A DNA stretch of 64,000 nucleotides from Persephonella sp. (GCA_030949555.1 JAUZSJ010000005.1:917-64916), one strand, 5' to 3'; counted from the stretch's first letter, positions 1 through 12,003 are shown. Notes: generated from the letters alone by a model not told the origin. Numbers and translations: made by a program.

Positions 1-164
1 TTCCATCAGAGGAAGGTTTTATATCAGGAAACAGTGAGATGGTTTTTATTTCAGGTATAGACGAAATGCTGTCCCGTTATCTAAAAGATGGTAGTCTGCT
101 TATTCCCCAGGAAGATTTCTTTAAAATTCTCTCAGTATTTATTACCAGAAGGTATGGAAAATGA
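1..164 (+). CDS. 3' end of a hypothetical protein (truncated by window start)
   Basis: Open frame from base 2 (SIRGRFISG...ITRRYGK*), TGA overlaps next ATG (ATGA 161-164). Confidence 0.5.
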   Translation, partial: PSEEGFISGNSEMVFISGIDEMLSRYLKDGSLLIPQEDFFKILSVFITRRYGK

Positions 165-666
165 TAAAAATTTTTATAATTCTTATACTTGTTTTTGTCA
201 CAGGTTGTTCCTTAGAGAATAGGGAAAAAGCTGAAGCTGTAGGGAGACTTTCAAAGTATCTTTATGAAATTGAGTCAGGCAGTTATTACAAAAAGATAAA
301 TGAGAAATACCCAGACCTGCAGATAGGTCTTATATATTAACGACCATATTGATGACACATATAGAGCTGTTGGACCCAAGAAAAGGATTTGGAAAATTAG
401 GGTATTCTGGAACATTTAACAGGGAAATTTATTATTATGTGATGTACAAACTTACCCAGAAAGCACTGAAAGATGAGCACAGATATGTAGAAAATGAGCT
501 TGTAAGAACATTAAAGGCTTTTCAGTCCTTTCTTAAGGAGGCGGAGAAAACAGAAAGAAAAAACAGAGAGATGATTCAGATGATTGTTAAATACGGTCCA
601 ATAGGTGTGCTTATAACCTTCTCTGTCCTTGTTGGCTCTGGAATTGGTTATCTTCTTTTTCTATAG
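161..666 (+). CDS. Hypothetical lipoprotein with C-terminal TM helix (frameshifted near 340)
   Basis: MIKIFIILILVFVTGC lipobox from 161, continues into ORF 349..666 with hydrophobic C-terminus. Confidence 0.5.
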
Positions 667-680
667 CACGGAAAAATCTG

Positions 681-1683
681 TCATAAAAGCTCTTTCTGAG
701 GCTGTCTACTCATCAAAACTTTTACAGCCTCTTTAGGGGAAAATCCTTTATACACGACCCTGTAAACAACTTCAGATATAGGAAGCTCAACATCATTTTT
801 TTCCATCAATTTTTTTAGAGCTTTAACAGTTTTTACTCCCTCAACAACCTGTCCTACCTCTTTTAATGCCTTCTCAACAGAGAACCCTTTTCCCAGCAGA
901 AATCCAAACTTTCTGTTTCTTGATAGCTCACCTGTTGCTGTTAGAACAAGGTCTCCCATACCAGATAATCCGTAAAGTGTCTGGGGCCTTCCACCAAATA
1001 TCTTTGCAACTTTTGTCATCTCGTACAGTCCTCTTGTTATAAGACCAGCCCTTGCATTATTACCCAATCCCAGACCGTCACTTGCTCCAGTAGCAATGGC
1101 AATAACGTTTTTAACAGCTCCCCAATCTGAACACCTTTTATATCTTCATTCAGATAGAGCCGAAAGTTCTGGGTGTTGAGGGATATCTGCAGTTTTTCTC
1201 CGAGAGAAACTTCCCCTCCGAGTGTTACAGCCGTAGGAAGACCCAGTGCAACCTCCTTTGCAAAGGAAGGTCCAGATAGGGCAAAAATAAGCTTTTTTTC
1301 TATTTTTAAGCTCTCATATATAACATCAGAAATCAGCTTTAATGTGTCTATCTCTATACCTTTAGATGCTGAAATAGCCGGTTTATCTACAGGGAAATCT
1401 ATATCTTTCAGTACATTTCTTATGTGCTGTGTTGGAACGGCAATAATAATAATATCTCCTTTTTTAAAAACATTTTTTATCTGAGTGGAGGCTGATACAT
1501 TTCCCTTTAATTTTATTCCTTTCAGATATTTTCTGTTTTCTTTTTCTCTATTAATACTACTAACAACTTCCTCAGACTCCTTCCCCTATATAAATTAACA
1601 TTCTCAAATTTTTCTGAAAAAACCTGAGCAAGTGCAGTTCCCCAGCTGCCGCTTCCAATTATTGATATACTTTTAAAAAACAT
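681..1683 (-). CDS. gpsA: NAD(P)H-dependent glycerol-3-phosphate dehydrogenase (frameshifted)
   Basis: N-terminal [12 protein letters not shown]; SGPSFAKEV; [20 protein letters not shown]; VEGVKT. Confidence 0.93.
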
Positions 1684-1723
1684 TTCCTTGCCTGCTTTTC
1701 TTCAATGACATAAAATATACCCT

Positions 1724-2476
1724 ATGGATTTATATTTTCCAAACAACAGCTATACAAATAAGAAGGTACTTATTATTTCACTACTGTTTGGATTTGTTGT
1801 CAACCTGATATTTCTTGCATTTCTTGAGCTATACACAACGTCGGTTACTCCTGTGGAGAAAAAGGCGATTAAAGTCAGGTACATTCCTGTACAAAAGAAG
1901 GTAAAGAAGAAAAGTTTAACCCACAGAAAGGTTCAGAAGAGAAAAGTAGTAAAAAGCATTCATAAAAAGGCCAGATCTTCAACAGGTAAAAAGATATCAA
2001 AATCTCCAGTAATTCCAGCATTAACTCCTGTTCTTCCTGAGGTAGAAGCCCTTCCTGAAAAAGAAATAACACTTCCAGATAAGGAAGTGGATTTAGGAGA
2101 GTTTTCTGACATTCCTGTTGAGAGTGGAAAAATTAAGGAATTCAGAGCAACATCTCTGGGAGAATTCAATCCTTCGTTTGGGACAGAACTGTCAAAGGTT
2201 GACAGAGCAGCTGAGGGAACAGCAGTTGGCAGAAAGCTGATATACAGACCTTCTCCACCTGTCGTAAAAGCCAGTATTCCTCCACCTCCTGTAAAGTTAA
2301 AGCTATGGATTAATAAAGACGGTACTGTTTATAAAGTTCAGCTTTTAGAAACTACGGGAAATAAAAAGATTGACCGTTTGATAAAAGATTACGTTCAAAG
2401 CTGGAAATTTAACGAGATAGACAAAAATCAGAAACAGTGGGCCGTAACAACTATTAGATTTAAAGCATCAAAGTAA
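1724..2476 (+). CDS. TonB-family protein
   Basis: N-terminal TM, Lys/Pro-rich linker, TonB_C-like domain (LWINKDGTV...TTGN...WKF). Confidence 0.75.
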   Translation: MDLYFPNNSYTNKKVLIISLLFGFVVNLIFLAFLELYTTSVTPVEKKAIKVRYIPVQKKVKKKSLTHRKVQKRKVVKSIHKKARSSTGKKISKSPVIPALTPVLPEVEALPEKEITLPDKEVDLGEFSDIPVESGKIKEFRATSLGEFNPSFGTELSKVDRAAEGTAVGRKLIYRPSPPVVKASIPPPPVKLKLWINKDGTVYKVQLLETTGNKKIDRLIKDYVQSWKFNEIDKNQKQWAVTTIRFKASK

Positions 2477-3687
2477 TGAATAGAGTTCTTAGCCTTTTAA
2501 AACAGTCATTTAATGCAGTAAAAGCCTACAGACTCAGAACATTGTTTTCTGTTCTTGGTATTGCTTTTGGTATAGCTTCTCTCACGGTTATTGTTGCATC
2601 TATCCAGGGCTCTTATTACAGGGCATACAAGATAATAGATGTTTTTGGTCCTGAAAGCATTCTGATTTTCAGTGGTTCAAGGGAGAAAGGGGGATAAGAC
2701 AGAGAAAAAAGACTTTGACTATGGATGACATCTACTATCTAAAAAAATATCCCACAGATTAAACTGATAATGCCTGTTTTATATGTTGACGATGCACAGG
2801 TGTATTACAGGGGAAACATTATAACAACGAGAGTTTACGGAGTTTCAACACAGTTTGAGGAAGCATGGAACTGGTATCTGATAGAAGGAAGACTATTCAG
2901 TGAAGAGGAGCTGAAACTTAAAAAGAATGTCTGTGTTATCGGTCTTTATGTAAAGGAGGAACTTTTTGGTATAGAAGACCCTATCGGTAAAATGATTGTG
3001 GTAAACAGACTGACCTGCAAAGTGTTAGGTGTGCTTTCAAAAAGGGGAACAACACCAACAGGAAGAAATCTTGATGACAGGATTCTTATGCCTTATACAA
3101 CAATTATGGCAAAAATAAACCACGACCTGAAATATGTAAATTCCATAAGGATAAGGTTTGAAAAAGGGTCAGATGTTGAGAGATTAGTGGAAGAAGTTAG
3201 GAAACTTTTAAGGGAAAAACACAGACTGTCCCCAGACCAGTCAGACGACTTTTTTATCCTGTCTCCAAAGGAGATTATAAGATTTTTAGTCAACCTGACA
3301 GGAACACTGGTTTTATTTTTAGGGTTTTCCTCTGTAATATCACTTACAGTTGGAGGGTTTGTTCTTGCCAATCTGTTTTTACTGTCTGTGAATGAGAGAA
3401 AAAAGGAGATAGGGATAAGGAGAGCTGTTGGTGGGAGGAAAAGGGATATTCTGTTTCAGTTTTTAATAGAAGGATGGATTATATCCGTTGTTGGTGCTGT
3501 TTTGGGATTTGTTTTGGCTGTTGTTGGGGCATACCTTCTCACATTTATTGCCCAATTTCCTATAAAGTTTTCTCCTGTGGCTTTCTTTTTTGCAGTTTTA
3601 GTTTCCCTGATAGTTGGAACAGTTTCTATTCTAAACCCTGCCTTAAAAGCTGCAAAGCTTAATCCCATAGAGGCAATAAGAGAATGA
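2476..3687 (+). CDS. MacB/FtsX-family ABC transporter permease (frameshifted)
   Basis: RTLFSVLGIAFGIAS; SVNERKKEIGIRRAVG; PALKAAKLNPIEAIR. Confidence 0.9.
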
Positions 3688-4917
3688 CACTACTTCATAA
3701 ATTGTCCCTTTACATGGCTGTTATAGTGAGAATATTTAAAGAGTACAGATTAAGGTCTGCTCTTTCCGGTTCTTGGTGTTGGATTTGGCAGTTTTGCCCT
3801 GGTTTCTATGGTCTCCATATCTCATTCACTTCAGGAAAAAAGTCGTAAAGAAGTGGAGAGCTTTGGTAAAAATCTTGTTGTGATAAAGGCTGGAAGAGTG
3901 CTGGTGTTCAGAAAAAGTTCCAGAAGTATTACTTCAGCAAAAACTTTAAAAATATCAGATGCTGTTGCCATAAAACAACATATAGACCATATTAAAACAG
4001 TTTTACCATCTTTCCATATTTCTTACCCTATTAGAAGAGGGGGAACGACAATTTTTTCAACAATCGTAGGTGTCGGGAAAGATTATCCTCAGATAAGAAA
4101 TATAAAAGTTGTGAAAGGGCGTTTTTACTCGTCGAAAGAAGAAAAATCAGGTGAAAAAGTTATTGTTTTAGGATACAAAATAGCGAAGGACTTTTTTGGA
4201 GATGAAGAGCCTATCGGAAAAACCCTTCTCATATTCAGGGTTCCCTGTAAGGTGATTGGAGTAATGGAAGAAAAAGGAACAGATGTGTCAGGTGAAGACC
4301 AGGACAGCCTGATATACACACCTCTGAAGACAGCAATGAGAAGGCTGGCAAATGTAGATTATATAAACACTATATACGTTAAGGTAGAGCATAGGGATTA
4401 CATACCTTATGTGAAAGAAAAAATAAGACAGCTTTTAAGAAAAAGACATAATATAAAACCAGGAGAAAAGGAGGATTTCACTGTCCTGTCCCCAGATGAC
4501 TATCTCAGAATGGAAAAGGAAGCACTCCACATATTCAGCATCCTTGGGGGTGTATCTGCGACCATATCGTTTATTATTGGAGGTATTGGAATACTCTCCA
4601 TAATGATACTTATAGTAAACGAGAGAATGGAGGAGATAGGGATAAGGAGAGCTGTTGGTGCAAAAAGGTCAGACATTCTTTTTCAGTTTCTGTTAGAAGC
4701 AAACCTTATAGCATTTTCTGGTAGTGTTGGGGGAATAATCTCTGGCAGTATATTCTCTCTTGCTGTATTTTATCTTTTTTCTCTTCCTGTTGTACTTTCA
4801 CTGGAATGGATATTTCTCTCATTCCTGTTGTCATTTGTCACAGGAGCCTTATCTGGTATATACCCTGCGTACAGAGCATCCTCCATAAAACCTGTACAGG
4901 CTCTGAGGAGAATTTAA
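3684..4917 (+). CDS. MacB/FtsX-family ABC transporter permease (frameshifted near start)
   Basis: IGGIGILSIM..VNERMEEIGIRRAVGA; YPAYRASSIKPVQALR. Confidence 0.9.
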
Positions 4918-4940
4918 AGAAATAAGTTAATAACCGAATA
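4915..4940 (+). promoter_or_regulatory. Putative sigma28 promoter of the MCP gene
   Basis: TAAA-N14-ACCGAATA versus consensus TAAA-N15-GCCGATAA, about 30 bp before a chemoreceptor ATG. Confidence 0.5.
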
Positions 4941-4972
4941 TAAATATTAATAAAAAGTGGAGTGGTGGTGAT

Positions 4973-6620
4973 ATGAGCCTCAGGAAAAAGTTTATACTGA
5001 GACTTTCACTGATATTATTAGTTATTCTTATCTTCACAATATCAATAAATGTCTTCAGTTTCAGAAATTACGAGGTGCACAATGCTGAAAAGGCTGGAAA
5101 GATAATTGCCCAGCTGGTAAGAGACGGCCTTACAGCCCACATGATTACAGGAACAATGAACCAGAGGGATTACTTCCTCAACCAGATAAAGGAAATTAAA
5201 GAGATTGACCAGCTGTGGATAATAAGGGGAGAGCCTGTTATTAAACAGTTTGGGAAGGGAAATAAGTACGAAGAGCCAAAAGATGAGTTAGATATTAAAG
5301 CTTTAAAAACTGGGAAAGTCCAGAAGAAACTTATAGAAAGTATGAACTCTGTCAAATACAGAATAACAATTCCTTATATAGCAGAGAAACAGGGAAAAGT
5401 AAGTTGTACGATGTGTCATACTGTATCAGAAGGGAGGTTTTGGGAGCTATAAGTGTTGTTATGGACATATCTGACATAAGGTCATATGCTTTTACTACAA
5501 CAAAACTGATATTGTTTGGTTCAGCAGTTGTTCTTTTTCTATCAGGATTTTATATGTATAAATTTGTAGGGAAATATGTAGATGTGTTTGAAAAACTGAG
5601 AATGTCTATGTCAGAGCAATAAAAGGGGATTTCTCATCAAGGATAAAAACAAAACTTAAAGATGAAGCAGGGGAAACTGTTCAGGAGTTTAACACCTTAT
5701 GGAAAAACTCCACACAAACTTTTCTGAGATAAAGAAGGTTATGAATGCCCTTGCCAGTGCTGACCTTTCTGTCAGGATAAATACAGAGATGGAAGGGGAA
5801 TTTGAGAACTTGAGGCAGAACATAAATAAAAGTAGTTGATGCACTCTCAATGACCCTTGGTATAACTCATAGATGGGTTCACAAGAATAATAAAACAGTT
5901 AAAGAAGTTTCACAGGAGGTTATGAAGATTTCAGAGGACCTTGAATATGAAAACAGGAATATACATCAGATCAAAAACTCCATTGTGGAGATTTCTGATA
6001 AGATAAACTCCATATCGGAAAATGCATCACTGCTAAAGGAGATAGGTGATAAGGTTAAGGCAAACATTGAGGAAGGGGAGAAAAATATTGATGAGCTGAA
6101 AAACTCTATAGAAAAGCTTACAGAAGCAGGGGAAAACATAAATCAGGCTATAGGAAGTATCATAGATATAGCAAGTCAGACAAATATGCTGGCCCTGAAC
6201 GCAGCAATAGAGGCAGCAAGGGCTGGGGAAGCAGGAAGAGGCTTTGCTGTTGTTGCAGATGAAGTGAGGAAACTTGCAGAAACAACATCTGAGTTTGCAA
6301 AAAAGATTCAGGATATGGTTGAGGAGATTTTTGATAGTATCAGAAAAGCCTCAAAATCTGTGGAAAAAACAGATAACGGTTACATAACAATGTCTAAAAG
6401 CTACAGTGAGATGTCCCAGCTTCTTACTCAGATAACAGAAAATATTAAACATCAGAATGAATCTATAAAACATATATCAGAAAATATACAGAATGTAACT
6501 GAAATATCAGAAAAAACTACCCGTAAAAACGAAGATATCAAAGAGGAAATTGTTCAGCTATCAGAAATAGCAGAAGAGGTAAAGGAAGAGGTAAACAGGT
6601 TCAGGATAAAAGGGGAGTAA
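4973..6620 (+). CDS. Methyl-accepting chemotaxis protein with c-type heme (CxxCH) sensor domain (frameshifted)
   Basis: TM, sensor ending [21 protein letters not shown]-like, [38 protein letters not shown]. Confidence 0.92.
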
Positions 6621-6629
6621 TTACTCCCC
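6608..6629 (-). terminator. Hairpin at the MCP/gatA convergent junction
   Basis: Perfect palindrome GGGGAGTAATTACTCCCC (6612-6629) followed by TTTT on the minus strand. Confidence 0.6.
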
Positions 6630-8081
6630 GGGAAATCTTTTATAAAAGTCGTTCATTCTTTCATAGTAATGTGCCACCTGTAAAATAGTCCCTTCGTCAA
6701 ATGGTTTGCCAATAATCTGCATTCCTACTGGAAGGTTGTCCTTAAATCCACAGGGAATGCTTATACCGGAACACCAGCCATGTTAACAGAAACAGTGAAG
6801 ATGTCAGACAGAATACATCTGTAATGGGTCACTTACCTTTTCTCCAATTCGGAAAGCAATATCTGGGGTAGTAGGAGTTATGATAATATCAACCTTTTCA
6901 AAGTGCTTTCATAAAGTCCTGATATATCAATGTCCTTACCTTCTGTGCCTTCAGATAGTAAGCGTCATAATAACCGGAAGAGAGGGAGTATGTCCCTAAC
7001 ATTATTCTTCTTTTAACTTCAGCTCCAAATCCTTCGTCCCTTGTTTTTGAATACATCTCCTCAAGGTCTGAGTATTCCAGGTGTTCTGTATCCATACCTC
7101 ACTCCATCATATCTTGCAAGGTTAGATGAAGCTTCTGAAGGGGCAATGATGTAGTAAGCTTCAATGGCATATTTTGTGGTAGGCATGGATATCTCTATAA
7201 CTTCTGCTCCTTCCTTTTCAAGCTGTTTTACAGCACTGAGCACCATCTCTTTAATCTGACTGTCCAAACCTTCAACAAAAAATTCTTCAGGCAGACCTAT
7301 CTTTATACCTTTTATATCTCTGCCTATAAATGACAGGAAGTTTGGAACTTCCACGCTGGCAGATGTAGAGTCTTCAGGGTCTTTGCCAGATATGATGTTC
7401 ATAAGCAGCGCTGCATCTTCTACTGTTCTTGTTATAGGACCTATCTGGTCAAGGGAAGAGGCAAATGCCACAAGTCCATACCTTGAAACTCTTCCGTAGG
7501 TAGGCTTCAGCCCTACAACACCGCAAAAGGCGGCAGGCTGTCTTATAGAACCTCCAGTATCAGAGCCTAAGGCTGCAGGGACTATCCCAGCACCAACAGC
7601 TGCAGCAGAGCCCCCTGAAGAACCACCTGGAACTCTTTCTGTGTCCCATGGGTTTTTTGTAGGGAAAAATGCAGAGTTTTCTGTTGAAGAACCCATTGCA
7701 AATTCGTCAAGGTTTGTTTTACCTGTTATGATGTATCCCTTTTCTTTCAGTTTTTTAATAACTGTTGCATCAAAGGGAGGAATGTAATTTTCAAGAATTT
7801 TTGAGGAGCATGTGGTTTTTATCCCCTTTGTTGAGATGTTGTCCTTTACTGCTATAGGAAGACCAAAAAGCTCAGGTATTCTCTCTAACTCTGTTAACTG
7901 TCTGTCTTTTTTCTCTGCTTCTTTTAATGCCTCCTCCATAAGGTCTGTCACATAACTGTTTATCTTTGGTTCAAACTCCTTTGCTCTGTCATAAAAAGAT
8001 TGCACAACCTCTGAAGGTTTTACCTCTTTTTTTCTTATCATGTCTGAAAGCTCTTTTAAAACCTTTTTTCCACAGTTCCAT
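6621..8081 (-). CDS. gatA: Asp/Glu-tRNA amidotransferase subunit A (frameshifted)
   Basis: Amidase signature [46 protein letters not shown]. Confidence 0.97.
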
Positions 8082-8091
8082 TTCCTGCTCC

Positions 8092-8538
8092 TTATAGCTC
8101 GTGTTCTTCTTCTGTTGCAGGTGGCTTTGCAGGTGAAATCCTGTCAAAATACTCTTTATACCTTCTGTCTATAAAATCTCTGTTTTTCTCTGCTTCCTTT
8201 GCATGCTCTACGCAGAGGGTTGTCCATGGAATGGCCTTCAGTCTTTCTTCCTCAATAGACTTACCGCAAACCTCACAGTATCCATAACTTCCTTCTTTTA
8301 TCCTTTCTAAAGCTTTATCAATCTCCCTCAGAATCTCTATCTCTATGTCCTCAAGTTCACCTAACACTATCTCTGTATAATCTATCTTTGCATAATCTTC
8401 AAGATCTTCAGGAATTGTCATTCCCTCGTCTGTCAGTTTTTTCATTGTCTCTTCCTGTTTCAGGTATCTGTCTAAAATCTGTTTTTTCTTTTCCAGCAGC
8501 AGTTTTCTAAACTCCATCATCTTTTCCCTGTCCATCAT
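8092..8538 (-). CDS. dksA: DksA/TraR C4-type zinc finger protein
   Basis: Coiled coil then [28 protein letters not shown]. Confidence 0.8.
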   Translation of the reverse strand: MMDREKMMEFRKLLLEKKKQILDRYLKQEETMKKLTDEGMTIPEDLEDYAKIDYTEIVLGELEDIEIEILREIDKALERIKEGSYGYCEVCGKSIEEERLKAIPWTTLCVEHAKEAEKNRDFIDRRYKEYFDRISPAKPPATEEEHEL

Positions 8539-8642
8539 TTTCTCCTTCCGTAAATATAATTAAATTCTCTCAAAAAAAGAAATATCTGTCTACCAGTATG
8601 TTAAAATATAACAGATTTATAAACAAATCAGCAGAGGTTGTA

Positions 8643-8969
8643 ATGTCTCTAAAAGTTCTTTTTTATTTTCCTCTTTTTGTTTTAGGAGTTATAGCAGGAT
8701 TTTTTTACTTTACACATCTGTTCAAAAGTGTAAACAGCTTTGGAACAGACAGGGGTAAAGTTCTCAGAAGTATGATGATTAGACTTCCTATCCCTATTGT
8801 TGCTGTTTTGTTAGGAAGTCTTGCAGGTATTGGGGGAATAATATCTGTCCTGGCAGGATTTACAGTTTTTCAGATTTATTTTTTGGTTAAGGTGGGAACA
8901 CAGCTGAAAAAAGAGGTCGAAGAAGAAGCAGAAAAACTATCTCAGGAAGAAAATATAGAGAATAAATAA
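8643..8969 (+). CDS. Small membrane protein, AtpR / ATP synthase subunit I-like
   Basis: About 3 TM segments, GVIAGFFYF..L..SV and SMMIRL pattern reminiscent of N-ATPase AtpR. Confidence 0.45.
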   Translation: MSLKVLFYFPLFVLGVIAGFFYFTHLFKSVNSFGTDRGKVLRSMMIRLPIPIVAVLLGSLAGIGGIISVLAGFTVFQIYFLVKVGTQLKKEVEEEAEKLSQEENIENK

Positions 8970-8971
8970 GG

Positions 8972-9749
8972 ATGGAAATACTTTTATACATTGCTTTCTT
9001 TATTTTTGGGACAGTTATAGGCAGTTTTCTGAATGTACTAATATACAGACTTCCAAGGGGTAAATCTCCTCTAAAACCTGTATTTTCCTTCTGTCCAGAA
9101 TGTGGAACTAACATAAAGTGGTATGACAACATACCTGTTGTTTCCTACATACTCCTAAAGGGAAGATGTAGAAACTGTGGCCACAGAATCAGCATAAGGT
9201 ATCTGATAGTAGAGATTATCACAGGAGTAGCATCTGTCCTGTCTTATCTAAAATGGGGGCTGTCAATAGATTATCTGTTTATTTTTATCTTTCTGTGTGT
9301 GATTATAGCTATAACATTTATAGATATTGATTTTAAAATAATTCCTGATGAGCTTAATCTGTCTGGGTTTTTAACAGGGATTGTTTATACATTCTTTAGA
9401 GGGGATTTCACTGTTTTAGATGGTTTTTCAGGAGCAGTAGTTGGGGCAGGCTTTCTGTGGGCAGTAGCTTACCTGTATATGAAATTCAGGGGAATAGAGG
9501 GACTTGGTATGGGAGATGTGAAGATGATGGCTTTTGTAGGTATGTATGCAGGATGGTTTGGAGCTTTATTTACCATATTTGTTGGTTCATTTTTAGGGGC
9601 TCTAATTGGGGGTCTGTCAGCCTATCTGCTGAAAGCTCTGAAGACAAAGTGGGAGATTTGAGATACCTTTTGGTCCTTTTCTTGCCTTTGCCTCTGTGAT
9701 TTACATATTCTTCGGTAATACTATAAAAGACTGGTATCTTGGGGGATGA
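8972..9749 (+). CDS. pilD: Prepilin peptidase / N-methyltransferase (frameshift near C-terminus)
   Basis: GSFLNVLIYRLP, two CxxC, DIDFKIIPD, GMGDVKM, IPFGPFLA. Confidence 0.93.
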
Positions 9750-9750
9750 C

Positions 9751-10080
9751 GTGGAGTATCATATAAAGTTTAAACTGTGGATTGAAAAGGACGGGGATAT
9801 TATTATAGGCCTTGGAAGGGATAAGCTTCTTGGGGAGATTGAAAAAACCGGCTCTATATCAAAAGCAGCAAAAAATGTGGGAATGTCTTACAAAAAGGCA
9901 TGGAGTTTTCTGAAAACAATGGAGAACAGACTGGGAGTAAAGCTGATAAAAACCCGAAGAGGTGGCAAAAAAGGTGGAGGAACAGAGCTTACAGAAGATG
10001 CAAAAAAACTCCTTGCAGAGTTTGAAAAAATAAGCACAGCATTTGAGAACTTAAAGGAACAGCTGGAAAAAAATGGATGA
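9751..10080 (+). CDS. ModE-family winged-helix regulator (DNA-binding domain only)
   Basis: IEKTGSISKAAKNVGMSYKKAW...RGGKKGGGTELT; no TOBE domain. Confidence 0.85.
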   Translation: MEYHIKFKLWIEKDGDIIIGLGRDKLLGEIEKTGSISKAAKNVGMSYKKAWSFLKTMENRLGVKLIKTRRGGKKGGGTELTEDAKKLLAEFEKISTAFENLKEQLEKNG

Positions 10081-10449
10081 GAAAATCTTTCATCTGAGAA
10101 GATACTACTTCTCTTTTCTTTATCTGTCTTTTGTATATGTGGCAGTTCTTTTACTCGTTTTAGGAAAAGATGTTAAACCTGCTCAGATAACAGACATAGA
10201 AGGGATAACTTTGGGAAGTATGGGATAGTTCCGGCTGTTATTATAATTTTAAAAAAAATCAGATATGTATACGAAAAAGGTGTTTACATAAAGCTGCTGC
10301 TTTCAGGGCAACTGCCACTTGTAGTGGGAACGATTTTTTCTATCTTTAAATCTAACTATGTATACTTTTTTTTAGAGTATCCTATATTTTTGCTTACATA
10401 TCTGCTTTTACTACCAACAAGGAAGGCTGTAAAGGATGGAAGAGCTTGA
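10073..10449 (+). CDS. Hypothetical multi-TM membrane protein (frameshifted)
   Basis: [31 protein letters not shown]..., hydrophobic, overlaps both neighbours. Confidence 0.5.
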
Positions 10450-10884
10450 GAAGGTAAAACAGTGGAAAGAGGAAGGGAAAAAGATTGTTTTTACAAACGG
10501 CTGTTTTGATATTATCCATGCGGGACATGTTGATTATTTAGAAAAGGCTAAAGCATTAGGGGATGTTCTTGTTGTTGGATTGAACAGTGATGCTTCTGTA
10601 AGGAGAATAAAAGGAGAGGAGCGTCCTGTAAACAGACAGGAGCACAGAAAAAAAGGGTTCTGCAGGCTCTAAAACCTGTTGACCTTGTTATCATTTTTGA
10701 TGAGGATACACCAGAAAAGCTGATAAAAATGATAAAACCTGATATTCTTGTGAAGGGTGGAGACTGGAAGATTGAAAACATAGTGGGGGCAGATTTTGTA
10801 AAATCCTACGGTGGAACGGTAACGACCATTGATTTTGTTTATGACATATCAACCACAAAGATTATTGAGAAAATAAAAAGATGA
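10436..10884 (+). CDS. rfaE2: D-glycero-beta-D-manno-heptose 1-phosphate adenylyltransferase (frameshifted)
   Basis: [44 protein letters not shown]. Confidence 0.92.
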
Positions 10885-11420
10885 ATCTTGCCAACCAGAT
10901 AACAATCTTCAGGATATTTCTTATACCTGTGTTTTTGTAATCTCCTAGTAGGATACAACAAACCCCTTTATGCACTGATTGTTTTTGTGATAGCTGGTCT
11001 GACAGATGCATTAGACGGCTTTGTTGCCCGCAGATTTAACCAGATAACAACCTTAGGCAAAATCCTTGACCCTATAGCTGATAAAGCCCTTTTAATTAGC
11101 AGTTTTGTTTTTATTTACACATCTGACCTTGCTGTAAAATTTCCCTACTGGTATGTTGTCATCGTTATAAGCAGAGATATTTATATACCCTTTTTGGTAG
11201 TGCCCTTATATATTTTCTAAAAGGCTATATTGATGTGCAGCCTTCAGTTTTTGGAAAGGCAACAACATTTTTTCAGATTCTTTCAGTGATAACAGTTCTT
11301 GTGGCAAACATAACAGCAGTTCCAGAAAGCATAGTCTGGAGTATTATATACACTGCAACATTTTTTACTGTTTTATCAACTCTGACATACACCTATGATG
11401 GAATCCAGCAGGTAAAATAA
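10881..11420 (+). CDS. pgsA: CDP-alcohol phosphatidyltransferase (PgsA-like, frameshifted)
   Basis: [11 protein letters not shown]; TDALDGFVARR..T.LGKILDPIADK. Confidence 0.8.
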
Positions 11421-11421
11421 A

Positions 11422-12003
11422 TTAAAACTCTCTGTATCTTTTCAGTGAAAGTAATATTTTTCCTTTAATCTGCTTAATATCTTTTATCTTCTCAAAACAG
11501 AACTCAGCGTTGCACAGATAAACAACAAAGTCTCCTTCCGGTCTGTATTCTGATTTTTCAATCTGTTTGTCAGATAGGGATGCAAAGCTTATGGTCAGAA
11601 CTTTTCATCTCTTCTGAGAAAGATAAATTTCTCCGTGGAGAATGTTTCCCTTTATCAAGTATCACAGTGGAAGGTAATCCACCCTGATTATACTTTTTGT
11701 TTATATCTGGCCTTTTCTTCTGCATCCACTCTCACAGAAATAAAATATCTGTTTATTATCTCTATAACTTGAGGGTCTCTGTATGTGGTGTTTTCCATAA
11801 CGTTGTACCAGTGACACCACTGGGCATATATATCCATCAGAATCAGTCTGTTTTTTTCTTCAGCTTTTTTTATTCCTTCTTCAAAGCTCAGCCAGTTAAT
11901 CTGTGATGCGTACGATATACCTGTAATAAGCAGGACAATAATTCCCCACTAATAAAAAACAGTATAAAACTCCCCAGCAGGACAAAGTCTGTGAATTTCT
12001 CAT
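11422..12003 (-). pseudogene. DUF255/YyaL-like thioredoxin protein, apparently internally deleted
   Basis: Signal peptide, WLSFEEGIKKA..IYAQWCHWYNVMENTTY..VRVDAEE.PDIN..GGLPSTV joined to a YyaL-like C-terminal VYLCNAEFC motif. Confidence 0.6.
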
